31,529 bases of DNA from Synechococcus sp. (GTDB lineage: Bacteria; Cyanobacteriota; Cyanobacteriia; Thermostichales; PCC-7336): positions 1 to 31,529 of the forward strand of contig JBFRWD010000126.1 in the NCBI GenBank assembly GCA_051439425.1, in the 5' to 3' direction. Position numbers and translations under genes: made by a program. The notes under the pieces were generated by a model, which saw only the letters and a list, made by a program, of their open reading frames with translations, did no database searches and was not told the DNA's origin. Shown here piece by piece: positions 10,248 to 17,893 of this stretch; the stretch's first letter is position 1; each line of letters starts with the position of its first letter.

Positions 10248-11132
10248 ATGCTCTATCAGATTTGCCACCAGACAACGTACTCTTACAGTCAACCGGTTCT
10301 CCTCAAACCCCACATCCTCAACCTACGCCCCCAGAGCAATAGCTGGCAGCACGTGCGAAGTTGTTCCATTCAGGTATCACCCTCTCCAGAATCACGCTCC
10401 AACTACACCGATTTAGATGGCAATAGTCCGATCAAGCTGTGGTTTGCTCAACCCACCCAATCGTTGAGTGTTCAAGTCACTTCCACTGTCGAAACTCTGC
10501 AATCCAATCCCTTCCTGTTTTTGCTGGAACCGTGGGCGATCGCTCTCCCCTTCAACTATCCTCAGTCTCTGCAATCCAGACTGTCCAGCTACCTACAGCC
10601 CCTCACCCCATCCATTCACCCTGCCGTTGTGGAGCTGGCCCATACGCTGCTACATAAAGTCGACGCCCAACCGCTGGACTTTCTCAACACGCTCAATCAG
10701 CACATCAATCAGTCCTGCACCTATATTCATCGCGCCACCGGTCGCCCTTGGTCTGCCGGAATGACATGGACTCAAAAGCAAGGCTCCTGTCGAGATTTGT
10801 GCGTTCTCTTTATGGAAGTCTGTCGACAAGTGGGGCTGCCTACGCGGTTTACGAGCGGATATCAGGAGGGAGATCCGGACGCCGCCAATGACCTACACGC
10901 TTGGGTGGAGGTGTATTTACCAGGGGCTGGCTGGCGAGGATACGACCCAACGTTGGGATTGGCGGTGAGCGATCGCCATGTCACTCTCAGCGCATCGGCT
11001 CTTCCACAAGACGCAGCACCCATCATTGGCACATTTATTCCAATCGATCCGGTCGAGCACAGAAAATCACCAGTCAATTCATCTATAAAGGCGCAAATTC
11101 TATTAGAAGTGATGTCTCAGTCCAATCAGTAG
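10248..11132 (+). CDS. Transglutaminase-like protein with bacterial transglutaminase N-terminal domain
   Basis: MLYQICHQTTYSY start (ATG 10248); catalytic triad in GSCRD, HAWVEVYLPGAGW and GYDPT. Confidence 0.92.
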   Translation: MLYQICHQTTYSYSQPVLLKPHILNLRPQSNSWQHVRSCSIQVSPSPESRSNYTDLDGNSPIKLWFAQPTQSLSVQVTSTVETLQSNPFLFLLEPWAIALPFNYPQSLQSRLSSYLQPLTPSIHPAVVELAHTLLHKVDAQPLDFLNTLNQHINQSCTYIHRATGRPWSAGMTWTQKQGSCRDLCVLFMEVCRQVGLPTRFTSGYQEGDPDAANDLHAWVEVYLPGAGWRGYDPTLGLAVSDRHVTLSASALPQDAAPIIGTFIPIDPVEHRKSPVNSSIKAQILLEVMSQSNQ

Positions 11133-11207
11133 AAATGACATCTGGTGTGCTGATTTAGTCAGCGATATCCATATTGGTCACTTCCTGCCAGCTTTTGAAT
11201 TGCTTGC

Positions 11208-11529
11208 TCATCGTTTCGCGATATTCAGTTGCTGTGAGTTCGTGTTGATTTGTACCTCAACTTTGTCCAAATGCCATTTTTCAGAAGGCTTTGGACATCG
11301 TCGACTTAGTTGTTTGGCATAGAACTGAACGAACTTGCGGCACCAGTAGCGGATGACTTCATAAGTTACGCTGATGCTGCGATAGTTAATCATCTTCTCG
11401 ATATCTCGGTAGCTCAGAGAAAACCTGTAGTATAGCCAGACACAGTACGCGACGATCTCGGAGGGGAAGCGATGACGCTTGTAACTGATGCTCATCCTCA
11501 AAGCCTCACACAGAGTGGATTGCAATGCC
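11208..11529 (-). mobile_element. Truncated IS6-family element (N-terminal transposase fragment from ATG 11495)
   Basis: YKRHRFPSEIVAYCVWLYYRFSLSYRDIE...YEVIRYW...KWHLD is the IS6 transposase N-terminus; similarity breaks just after WHLD. A degenerate end GGCATTGCAA starts at 11529 on the minus strand. Confidence 0.85.
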
Positions 11530-11561
11530 GATGAGTTAACTCGTCAATCCCCCCAAATAGC

Positions 11562-11726
11562 TCATCGCCAATTACTACCTTCTGTTTGATCTAAGATGCC
11601 TTTCCAAATAGTGAAATCAGAGCTATCAACAATCTTGGGTAAATTCTCATTTCTACTTAGCCCACCAACAATGACTTCAGCTTCAGTCTCAGAAAGTTCG
11701 AGCCAAATAGGAGTTGTCTTGTCCAT
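11562..11726 (-). CDS. Double-glycine-leader precursor peptide P1 (54 aa; not in ORF track)
   Basis: Hand translation: MDKTTPIWLELSETEAEVIVGG | LSRNENLPKIVDSSDFTIWKGILDQTEGSNWR*. The leader matches the C39-cleaved GG consensus. Confidence 0.8.
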   Translation of the reverse strand: MDKTTPIWLELSETEAEVIVGGLSRNENLPKIVDSSDFTIWKGILDQTEGSNWR

Positions 11727-11868
11727 TGGAGTAGCAGAAAACGCATCAATAACAACCTATGGCGACGGTTGCCTGCAGGCAGTGATGACTGTCACAGTCC
11801 TGCATTGAGCCCTGTCACCGCGCCATCAGGATATCTGCCACAAACTGGTACATAGTTTCCGGATTAAA

Positions 11869-12251
11869 GTGGTGTACTTTCAAGAATTTAAGACTACTGA
11901 ACTGTTTGGAGAGCTTAACAAAAATCAAGCTGAAATAATACAAGATGGCTGCAATATTGGTATGCCACCAACAGTTAGAAAAACTGATGAAAACCACGAT
12001 AAGTAGATTGATGCACTAAGCATTGATTGGGGCTAGATTCCCAAGCTAAGTTGCTTCCAGCGTTGATCCTGACCATTGAATTCTTTCTCGGAAAAACCTC
12101 GCCGATACCTGGCACCGGACACTTCCCTGAAACTGGTGTTTTTCTCGTTCCCCAATCTTTTCTCAAGGCTACAGTTGATTTAATACTGAAGCCTTGTTTG
12201 TTTGCGATGGTCACCTCTCTTGGTCTCCCAGCATTGCCAAAACTGTGCTGA
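11869..12251 (+). pseudogene. Degraded double-glycine-leader precursor P2
   Basis: VVYFQEFKTTELFGELNKNQAEIIQDG | CNIGMPPTVRKTDENHDK*IDALSIDWG. GG is changed to DG (GAT at 11944), there is a TAG at 12004, and a probable 1-nt deletion in the G-run at 12029-12032 would join it to the ORF-track frame 12027-12251. Confidence 0.65.
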
Positions 12252-12385
12252 ATACGTGGAGACAGAGAGCATTTGATTGTCGTGGAAGACTCTCGGTCAG
12301 GTGCTGAGAAATCTGAAGGGGGGCGTCCACCTTTGCTGCGCTGTAATGAAGCTTTTCAAAGTTCTACGCGACTCTCTAGATATTT

Positions 12386-12416
12386 CCTTATCATGTTAGA
12401 TAAGGGTTTAAGGAGG
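12386..12416 (+). promoter_or_regulatory. Inverted repeat CCTTATC-N6-GATAAGG followed by the AGGAGG ribosome-binding site of P3
   Basis: Palindrome at 12386-12405; AGGAGG at 12411-12416, 5 nt before GTG 12422. Confidence 0.5.
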
Positions 12417-12421
12417 TTTCC

Positions 12422-12655
12422 GTGAGTGTAGATTTGTTGATTCAAGATATATCTGAAGTTGATGCCGAGAAAGTTTCAGGTGGATTGTTACTGCCGGCAG
12501 TTCAAGCTGCGAGAGAGGCTGCGAGAAGGGCTCCTGTACGTAGCCGTGGTTTTGGAGCCTTTTCGATTAAGGTAGTTCGTCGTATTGCCGAGAGTGGCTT
12601 GAGAGATGGGGCGCAGAGGTTTGTCGTCTGGTTTGGAGACAGTCCTGCGCATTGA
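12422..12655 (+). CDS. Double-glycine-leader precursor peptide P3 (77 aa)
   Basis: Strong RBS plus GTG start; leader LLIQDISEVDAEKVSGG; core starts LLLPAVQAAREAARR. Confidence 0.85.
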   Translation: MSVDLLIQDISEVDAEKVSGGLLLPAVQAAREAARRAPVRSRGFGAFSIKVVRRIAESGLRDGAQRFVVWFGDSPAH

Positions 12656-12743
12656 TGATTAAAGGACAAAACCTTAAAAAGGAAAGGTGTGGGGTTAGTA
12701 GGATAAACATCCCAAAACGAATCCCCCATGAAGGAGGTGGACC

Positions 12744-12881
12744 GGCATTGTCAACTTAAATTTTCTGGTAAGAGATAGTCGAGAATGAATGCATTGAGTC
12801 AGCGAGAGAATAGACTTTGCAGAAGATGAATTGAAATTCTTCTAAATAACAAGGACTGTTCTTAGTTAAGTTGACAGTGCC
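12744..12881. mobile_element. 138-bp miniature IS6-type element (MITE)
   Basis: 16-bp terminal inverted repeats GGCATTGTCAACTTAA (12744-12759) and TTAAGTTGACAGTGCC (12866-12881), 15/16 match, IS6-like ends; no transposase and no flanking duplication. Confidence 0.8.
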
Positions 12882-13217
12882 TCTAGAACGACTCGAAGCA
12901 CAAGTCCAAGAACTTCAAGCCATCAAAGGCTTACAAACGGGTACTCAAGACGTACCGGTATAACTAGTTATAACTATCCAACCTGAGTTGAAAGACAAAG
13001 GCATACGTCATAACGACCTGTTCGATAAGAAAGGCTGGTCTGGCAGCAACGTAGCCAGTGGCGTGCAGAGGAAAGGTACGCCAGTCAGTTGAGTCAATAG
13101 GGACCAAGACCGATTAGACAAAGGTACCGAGAGACTCGCAAAAGAGGGTGTGGCATCCTCCAGTACAAGACCAAAGTTAGCTGCGTTGAAAGGTGGTTAC
13201 TACTTCAAGCAGACTAG

Positions 13218-13451
13218 TCAAAAAAAGTGAAAGTTGTTGTAGTTGAAGTAGACACGGTCTTTCGGGAGTCGCGTACTAAAGGACTCACCAAAAGAGTAGC
13301 TGAAAGCCTTGCGGTAGAAGAAGTTGTCCGGCGTTCTAGTCTGCTGCTGTCTCTTTCTGGCACGCCTTAAACGCCTTACACCACCGCCGGAGATAAATTG
13401 TGCAGAACACTCATCTATGTCCTCGAAGAGGGCAAGTTTGTTATTGGGCAT
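13218..13451 (-). CDS. Double-glycine-leader precursor peptide P4 (77 aa), co-oriented directly downstream of hlyD
   Basis: Leader MPNNKLALFEDIDECSAQFISGG; cationic and aromatic core; 76 bp after the HlyD stop. Confidence 0.85.
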   Translation of the reverse strand: MPNNKLALFEDIDECSAQFISGGGVRRLRRARKRQQQTRTPDNFFYRKAFSYSFGESFSTRLPKDRVYFNYNNFHFF

Positions 13452-13527
13452 AGCCTAAACTTGAATTCTGCTTCTAGATAGCAATAATGCTAGCACCGCC
13501 AATTAAAAGGTTTTGTTGCTGGGGTCA

Positions 13528-14904
13528 TCAAAAATTACTCAGTAGCCTTGCTCGTCTGAGGATAAAGCTCATGACAGACTCTCTGTCGGTCTCAATATCG
13601 AGCCGTCCCTCCATGCCGGGCTGAATTGAACACCTTCGACCTTGGGATATCATTTCCAAAACGGTTGGTTGTATTTGGACTTTGTAGAAGCCATCGGAAA
13701 TCGTAGAAGCACTGCTATCTTGCGGCCCTTCTCCAGCATTCAATATCGACACATCTGGAGCGATTGAGGATACAGTCCCTTGCAGCGTTCCAAAGTCTGG
13801 ATATGGACAGCTGCTGACTCTCATCTGCCCTGTTTGTCCTATCTCCAGCCAATTAATATCGCGGGATGCCACGTAAGCTTCAATCACAAGCTCCGTATTT
13901 GCAGGGGCAATTGTGGCAATTTCCTCTCCTCTCTCAACGACTTGATCGATATTCCTTAAATTCAGCTGCTGGATAATTCCCCCTATAGGTGCTCTCACCA
14001 CCGTCTTTTGTAAGTCATCTTCCACCTGCGCCAAATCATCTTCTTCCTGCAGAAGCAGCTCTTCTAACTCCAACTGTTCTTTTAATAAAGCCTCTCGCTC
14101 TCGCCTCAGTGCGGCCAAGTTCGCCAAATTGCTAGAGCGTATCTGTTCCAGTCGTTCGGATGCTCGGTTGACCGAAGACTCGCTGGGATTCAAAGCAGCT
14201 CTGGCTCTTTCTAAGCGTGCTAAAGCGGCATTGTAAGAAGCCTCCCGTTCCAGCACCTGTAATTGAGAGACTCCACCGGATTGGGCTAGCTGTTGGTAAC
14301 GCTGATATTCTTCTCTGGCTAATTCAACTTCTGCCTCCACCGCATCCATATCTGCTTGAGTCACTAACTGACGCTCGCGGAAGTCTCTTTGTTCGAGTTC
14401 CAGCTCGGCCTGATAAGCAGCCGCATCGCGCTCTGCTGCCTCTGTTTGAGCCTCAATCTGCCCATCGAGAGTATCCAACTCACCGCTGAGACGCTCTAAC
14501 TGTTCTCGGCCTCTCTCTAAGCTGGTTTCCAACTGTCGTTGCCTGGTGAGTAATTGAGAGTCATCGATGGTCACCATCACATCTCCTCTTTCAACACGTT
14601 GATTTTCCTCGACGGCAATCTGTTCGACAGTTCCTTCTGCAGTCGCTTGAACCAGCCGTAAATCTCCAGCGGGTCGAATCCTCCCAGTTGCCTGCACGGT
14701 AACCCGATACGGCAAAACGGCAGAGAGCCCGACGGCTCCTACAAATCCGATTAACATGGCAAGCCCCCCTACAGTGGGCCATTGACCGATGGGAGGGAGA
14801 AAATCCCCAACGGCAGCTGGAGGCGCTAGCGCCGGTTCATCCGTTGGATCTAACAGCTGGTAGGAGACGTCGTAAGTGTGCTCTTCTTGTTCGTTACGTT
14901 CCAT
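13528..14904 (-). CDS. HlyD-family membrane fusion (periplasmic adaptor) protein
   Basis: Single TM helix; lipoyl-like halves (VEENQRVERGD, VRAPIGG); long coiled coil; YPDFGTLQG; IQPGM. Confidence 0.93.
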   Translation of the reverse strand: MERNEQEEHTYDVSYQLLDPTDEPALAPPAAVGDFLPPIGQWPTVGGLAMLIGFVGAVGLSAVLPYRVTVQATGRIRPAGDLRLVQATAEGTVEQIAVEENQRVERGDVMVTIDDSQLLTRQRQLETSLERGREQLERLSGELDTLDGQIEAQTEAAERDAAAYQAELELEQRDFRERQLVTQADMDAVEAEVELAREEYQRYQQLAQSGGVSQLQVLEREASYNAALARLERARAALNPSESSVNRASERLEQIRSSNLANLAALRREREALLKEQLELEELLLQEEDDLAQVEDDLQKTVVRAPIGGIIQQLNLRNIDQVVERGEEIATIAPANTELVIEAYVASRDINWLEIGQTGQMRVSSCPYPDFGTLQGTVSSIAPDVSILNAGEGPQDSSASTISDGFYKVQIQPTVLEMISQGRRCSIQPGMEGRLDIETDRESVMSFILRRARLLSNF

Positions 14905-14906
14905 CT

Positions 14907-17054
14907 TTATCCCCCAGGCAAAAAGGCACGATGGTCACCCGGTCTATCTCGTAATTCTTTAGGAGTTCCCCGCAGTTTCAGCTCGCCTTTGTCTAACAAA
15001 ACGATATAGTCTGCCCTCTGCACCACACTTGGTCGATGGCTGATCAGAATGGTTGTCTTCCCTTGTCGAAACTTCAGCAAGCGGTCTAACACTTTAGACT
15101 CGGAGACGGGGTCTAGAGCCCCTGTTGCTTCGTCCAAAATAAGAACTGGCGGATTAATCACCAAAGCTCTGGCAATCGCCAATCGTTGCTTTTGTCCTCC
15201 GGAGATATTGGCTCCAAACTCACCCAATACCGTCTTGTATTTATTCGGCAACTCGCAAATAAACTCATCTGCCATGGCAATCCGACAGACTCCGACCACC
15301 TGCTCTAGGGTAATGCCGGGATAAGCCAGTCTGAAATTATCGAAGATGCTCCGACTCCAGAAATGGGGCTCTTGAGAAACGAGAACCACCTGTTTTCGAA
15401 GACTGCTGAGTGCGATGTCCGCTTGATTGAAATGGCCGAAGCGAATGTTTCCAGCCTGAAGTTCGTATAACCCTGCCAACAGCTTGGCTAATGTACTTTT
15501 CCCGCATCCGGACTGTCCCACTAAAGCCGTAACTTTCCCTCCAGGAATGAGCAGGTCGAAATCTTTGAGCAAGGAAACCCGACCGGCATGGTGAAAATTC
15601 AGCTTCGAACAAACGATATCCCCATCTTCGGCAATCCGGACTCGAGAACTAGGGTCATCACCAGATTGTTCGGGGTTTGCATCCAATACTTCACCGAGAC
15701 GTTGAACGGCGACTTGAGCGATCACAAACTCATCGATTAACCCAACAGACAGAGCAAGGAATGCGAGGAAGTTTCCACTCATTCCATTGAATGCAATGAG
15801 CTGTCCAATGCTGAGCTGGCCACCAATCACAAAGTAGCTACCCATCCACAGCAGAGCAATCGTAATCAGACTGGATATAAATTCCGTCAGGGTGGAGCTG
15901 TAGAGATTGAGTTTGGTGGTTATCCACTGGAGGTTGGCCAACCGTCCGAAATTGAGCTGATACTCATCCCATACTTGAGGAGTGGCAGACGAAGTTTTCA
16001 GAACCATCGCCCCTCGAAAGGTTTCAACGAGGAATCCTTGGTTCTCGGAACTTTCGACAATGAGTTGACGATTCTTCTGTCTCAAGGCGGGTAGAAATAG
16101 CAAATTCAGCCCCCCCATCAATCCAAAAGCTAGTAGGGAAGCGATGGTTAATTTCCAGCTGTAGAGAAACATCAAGCCTACTGAGACGAGCGCCACGAAT
16201 AGCTGGCTGGGAAGCCCCAACACTAACTCGGCAACAAATTCATTTATCAGCCGAACATCCGCCAACCGGCTGACCACTTCTCCACTTCGATGCGAATCAA
16301 AGTAAGACAAGGGAAGTCTGAGCAGTTTGTAACCATAGTCGAGAGTTAACCCCAGCTGTAATCGCTGGCCAAATTGTCCGATCAAGTGGGCTTGCGCTAA
16401 CCCTATAGCTGTACGGAACACGTTCATCCCGATAATGGCCGTGGCGACGGTGAAGAGCAGCTGTGTGTCTCGACGAACCAGGACGTCGTCGGTGAGCAAT
16501 TGCATGGCCACTGGCATGGCCAAAGCCAGTAGACCAATGGCGACATTGATAGCGATTGCTTCCAACAGGATCTGACGATAGGGCCAGACTCGTCTGGCAA
16601 AGCGACCAACAGTGCTGACGGTGTCCTCCAACTGTTCGTAGAATCGTTCCTCATCGGGTAGCAGCAGCAACATCACACCGTTGTTCCACCCCTCCACCAA
16701 TTGCTGCCTGGTGAGGGACCTCAGACCGTGAGCGGGATCGGCGACGATGTATTTCTGACGTTTTTTCCCGTATAGAACTACCCAGTGCTGACCTTTCCAG
16801 TGCAGAACAGCAGGGAGAGGCGCTTCTTCAATCCGATCGACTAATTCGGGCTGGGCTTGGACATGACGGGCATTAAACCCTAATGTTTCAGCACCTCGTT
16901 TCAATCCCAGCAGAGTTGTTCCTTGAGTGCCCGTTCCTACAGCCTCGCGAGTACGAGTGAGGGAAAAAGTTCGACCGTAGAACTTCGCTACTGTGGCCAA
17001 ACACGCAGCTCCACAATCCTCTTCACTTTGTTGGCGTACTACTGGGTATTGCAT
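14907..17054 (-). CDS. Peptidase C39 domain-containing ABC transporter (PCAT, SunT/LagD type)
   Basis: QQSEEDCGAACL (catalytic Cys), HWKGQHWVV (His), ADP; TM domain; Walker A GQSGCGKST, signature ISGGQKQR, Walker B LILDE. Confidence 0.95.
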   Translation of the reverse strand: MQYPVVRQQSEEDCGAACLATVAKFYGRTFSLTRTREAVGTGTQGTTLLGLKRGAETLGFNARHVQAQPELVDRIEEAPLPAVLHWKGQHWVVLYGKKRQKYIVADPAHGLRSLTRQQLVEGWNNGVMLLLLPDEERFYEQLEDTVSTVGRFARRVWPYRQILLEAIAINVAIGLLALAMPVAMQLLTDDVLVRRDTQLLFTVATAIIGMNVFRTAIGLAQAHLIGQFGQRLQLGLTLDYGYKLLRLPLSYFDSHRSGEVVSRLADVRLINEFVAELVLGLPSQLFVALVSVGLMFLYSWKLTIASLLAFGLMGGLNLLFLPALRQKNRQLIVESSENQGFLVETFRGAMVLKTSSATPQVWDEYQLNFGRLANLQWITTKLNLYSSTLTEFISSLITIALLWMGSYFVIGGQLSIGQLIAFNGMSGNFLAFLALSVGLIDEFVIAQVAVQRLGEVLDANPEQSGDDPSSRVRIAEDGDIVCSKLNFHHAGRVSLLKDFDLLIPGGKVTALVGQSGCGKSTLAKLLAGLYELQAGNIRFGHFNQADIALSSLRKQVVLVSQEPHFWSRSIFDNFRLAYPGITLEQVVGVCRIAMADEFICELPNKYKTVLGEFGANISGGQKQRLAIARALVINPPVLILDEATGALDPVSESKVLDRLLKFRQGKTTILISHRPSVVQRADYIVLLDKGELKLRGTPKELRDRPGDHRAFLPGG

Positions 17055-17893
17055 TTGTTCTGCAAAACTTGGAAAATTTTTCGTAGCGAATTGTCTGTCG
17101 ACATATCAAACTTTACAACCTTGCAGCAGTTTGAAATTGTTCCAGAACAGCTTTAGCATAAGCGCTGTTTACAGTACATAGAAAGCGGCGCAAGAAGGGG
17201 AAGTCATCAAGAGAAATACTCCTGGTATCGACACATAAGTTAATCTCAAAAACAATATCCATAGCAGGTATTCAACTGCCTTTTTGTTCACATAGACTTT
17301 CCAAACCTCGTAGAGCATCTTGGGCATTCATGCCTTACGGGTATGGTCTGACAGAAAGATAATTAATACTATAAGCGTTCCTCCTCGTTGCTCAGTCGAG
17401 AAAAAACCGCGTTTATCTAGGTTCAAATAGAACTTATTGCCAGCAACAGAGGTCTTGCAAAAAAAGGCCTTACTGCTGATTTTGTGAGGGGTATTTATCA
17501 TGAATTTACCATCAGGTTCAAATTAGATGCTCAACTCAAGCAATTAAAGGTTTATTTCATACAGCAGAGTAGTCGGAAACATTTGTAACGCATAGCTTTA
17601 GGAACAAGAATTGTTCTATGGATAGCTGTTCAAGCCTTGAATTGAATAACCAGCTTGCAATTAGACAGTGGAGTTTTGTTGAGACAAAAGACGACGTAGC
17701 TTCAATTGCAAATAATACTCCAACCCAGAAACTGCTTTTCAAGCCGGAAAGAAAGATTTATCACCAAATTCATGCCCCCCCAGTACCATTTGTCCTATTT
17801 GTTACTCCTATCTCAGAAAACACTTGATTTGCGGCAGATTCCCAGTAGACATCAAAGGGATTGACCGTACCCAATTTCACACCTCCATTCGTT

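Noticed and set aside
11596..11808. ORF-track + strand 70-aa ORF
   Set aside because: Antisense shadow of precursor P1, which has a recognisable leader.
11815..12214. Minus-strand ORFs 11815-11997 and 11975-12214
   Set aside because: No leader or family motif; they lie antisense to pseudogene P2.
11530..13500. DGR, CRISPR or integron as the source of precursor diversity
   Set aside because: No reverse transcriptase, template/variable repeat pair, cas genes, regular repeat-spacer array or integrase is visible in the window.
6408..17054. Anbu-module ATP-grasp or transglutaminase acting as tailoring enzymes for the neighbouring GG-leader precursors
   Set aside because: The module is widespread without such precursors, is HIP1-rich while the peptide locus is not, and is separated from it by an IS6 remnant. 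Adjacency is probably incidental.
14907..17054. hetC assignment for the peptidase ABC transporter
   Set aside because: At 715 aa it starts directly with the C39 domain and lacks the long N-terminal extension of HetC.
17055..17890. Further GG-leader precursors or an sRNA in the long divergent spacer
   Set aside because: I saw no leader consensus or convincing structure by eye; the short ORFs there look spurious. The scan was not exhaustive.
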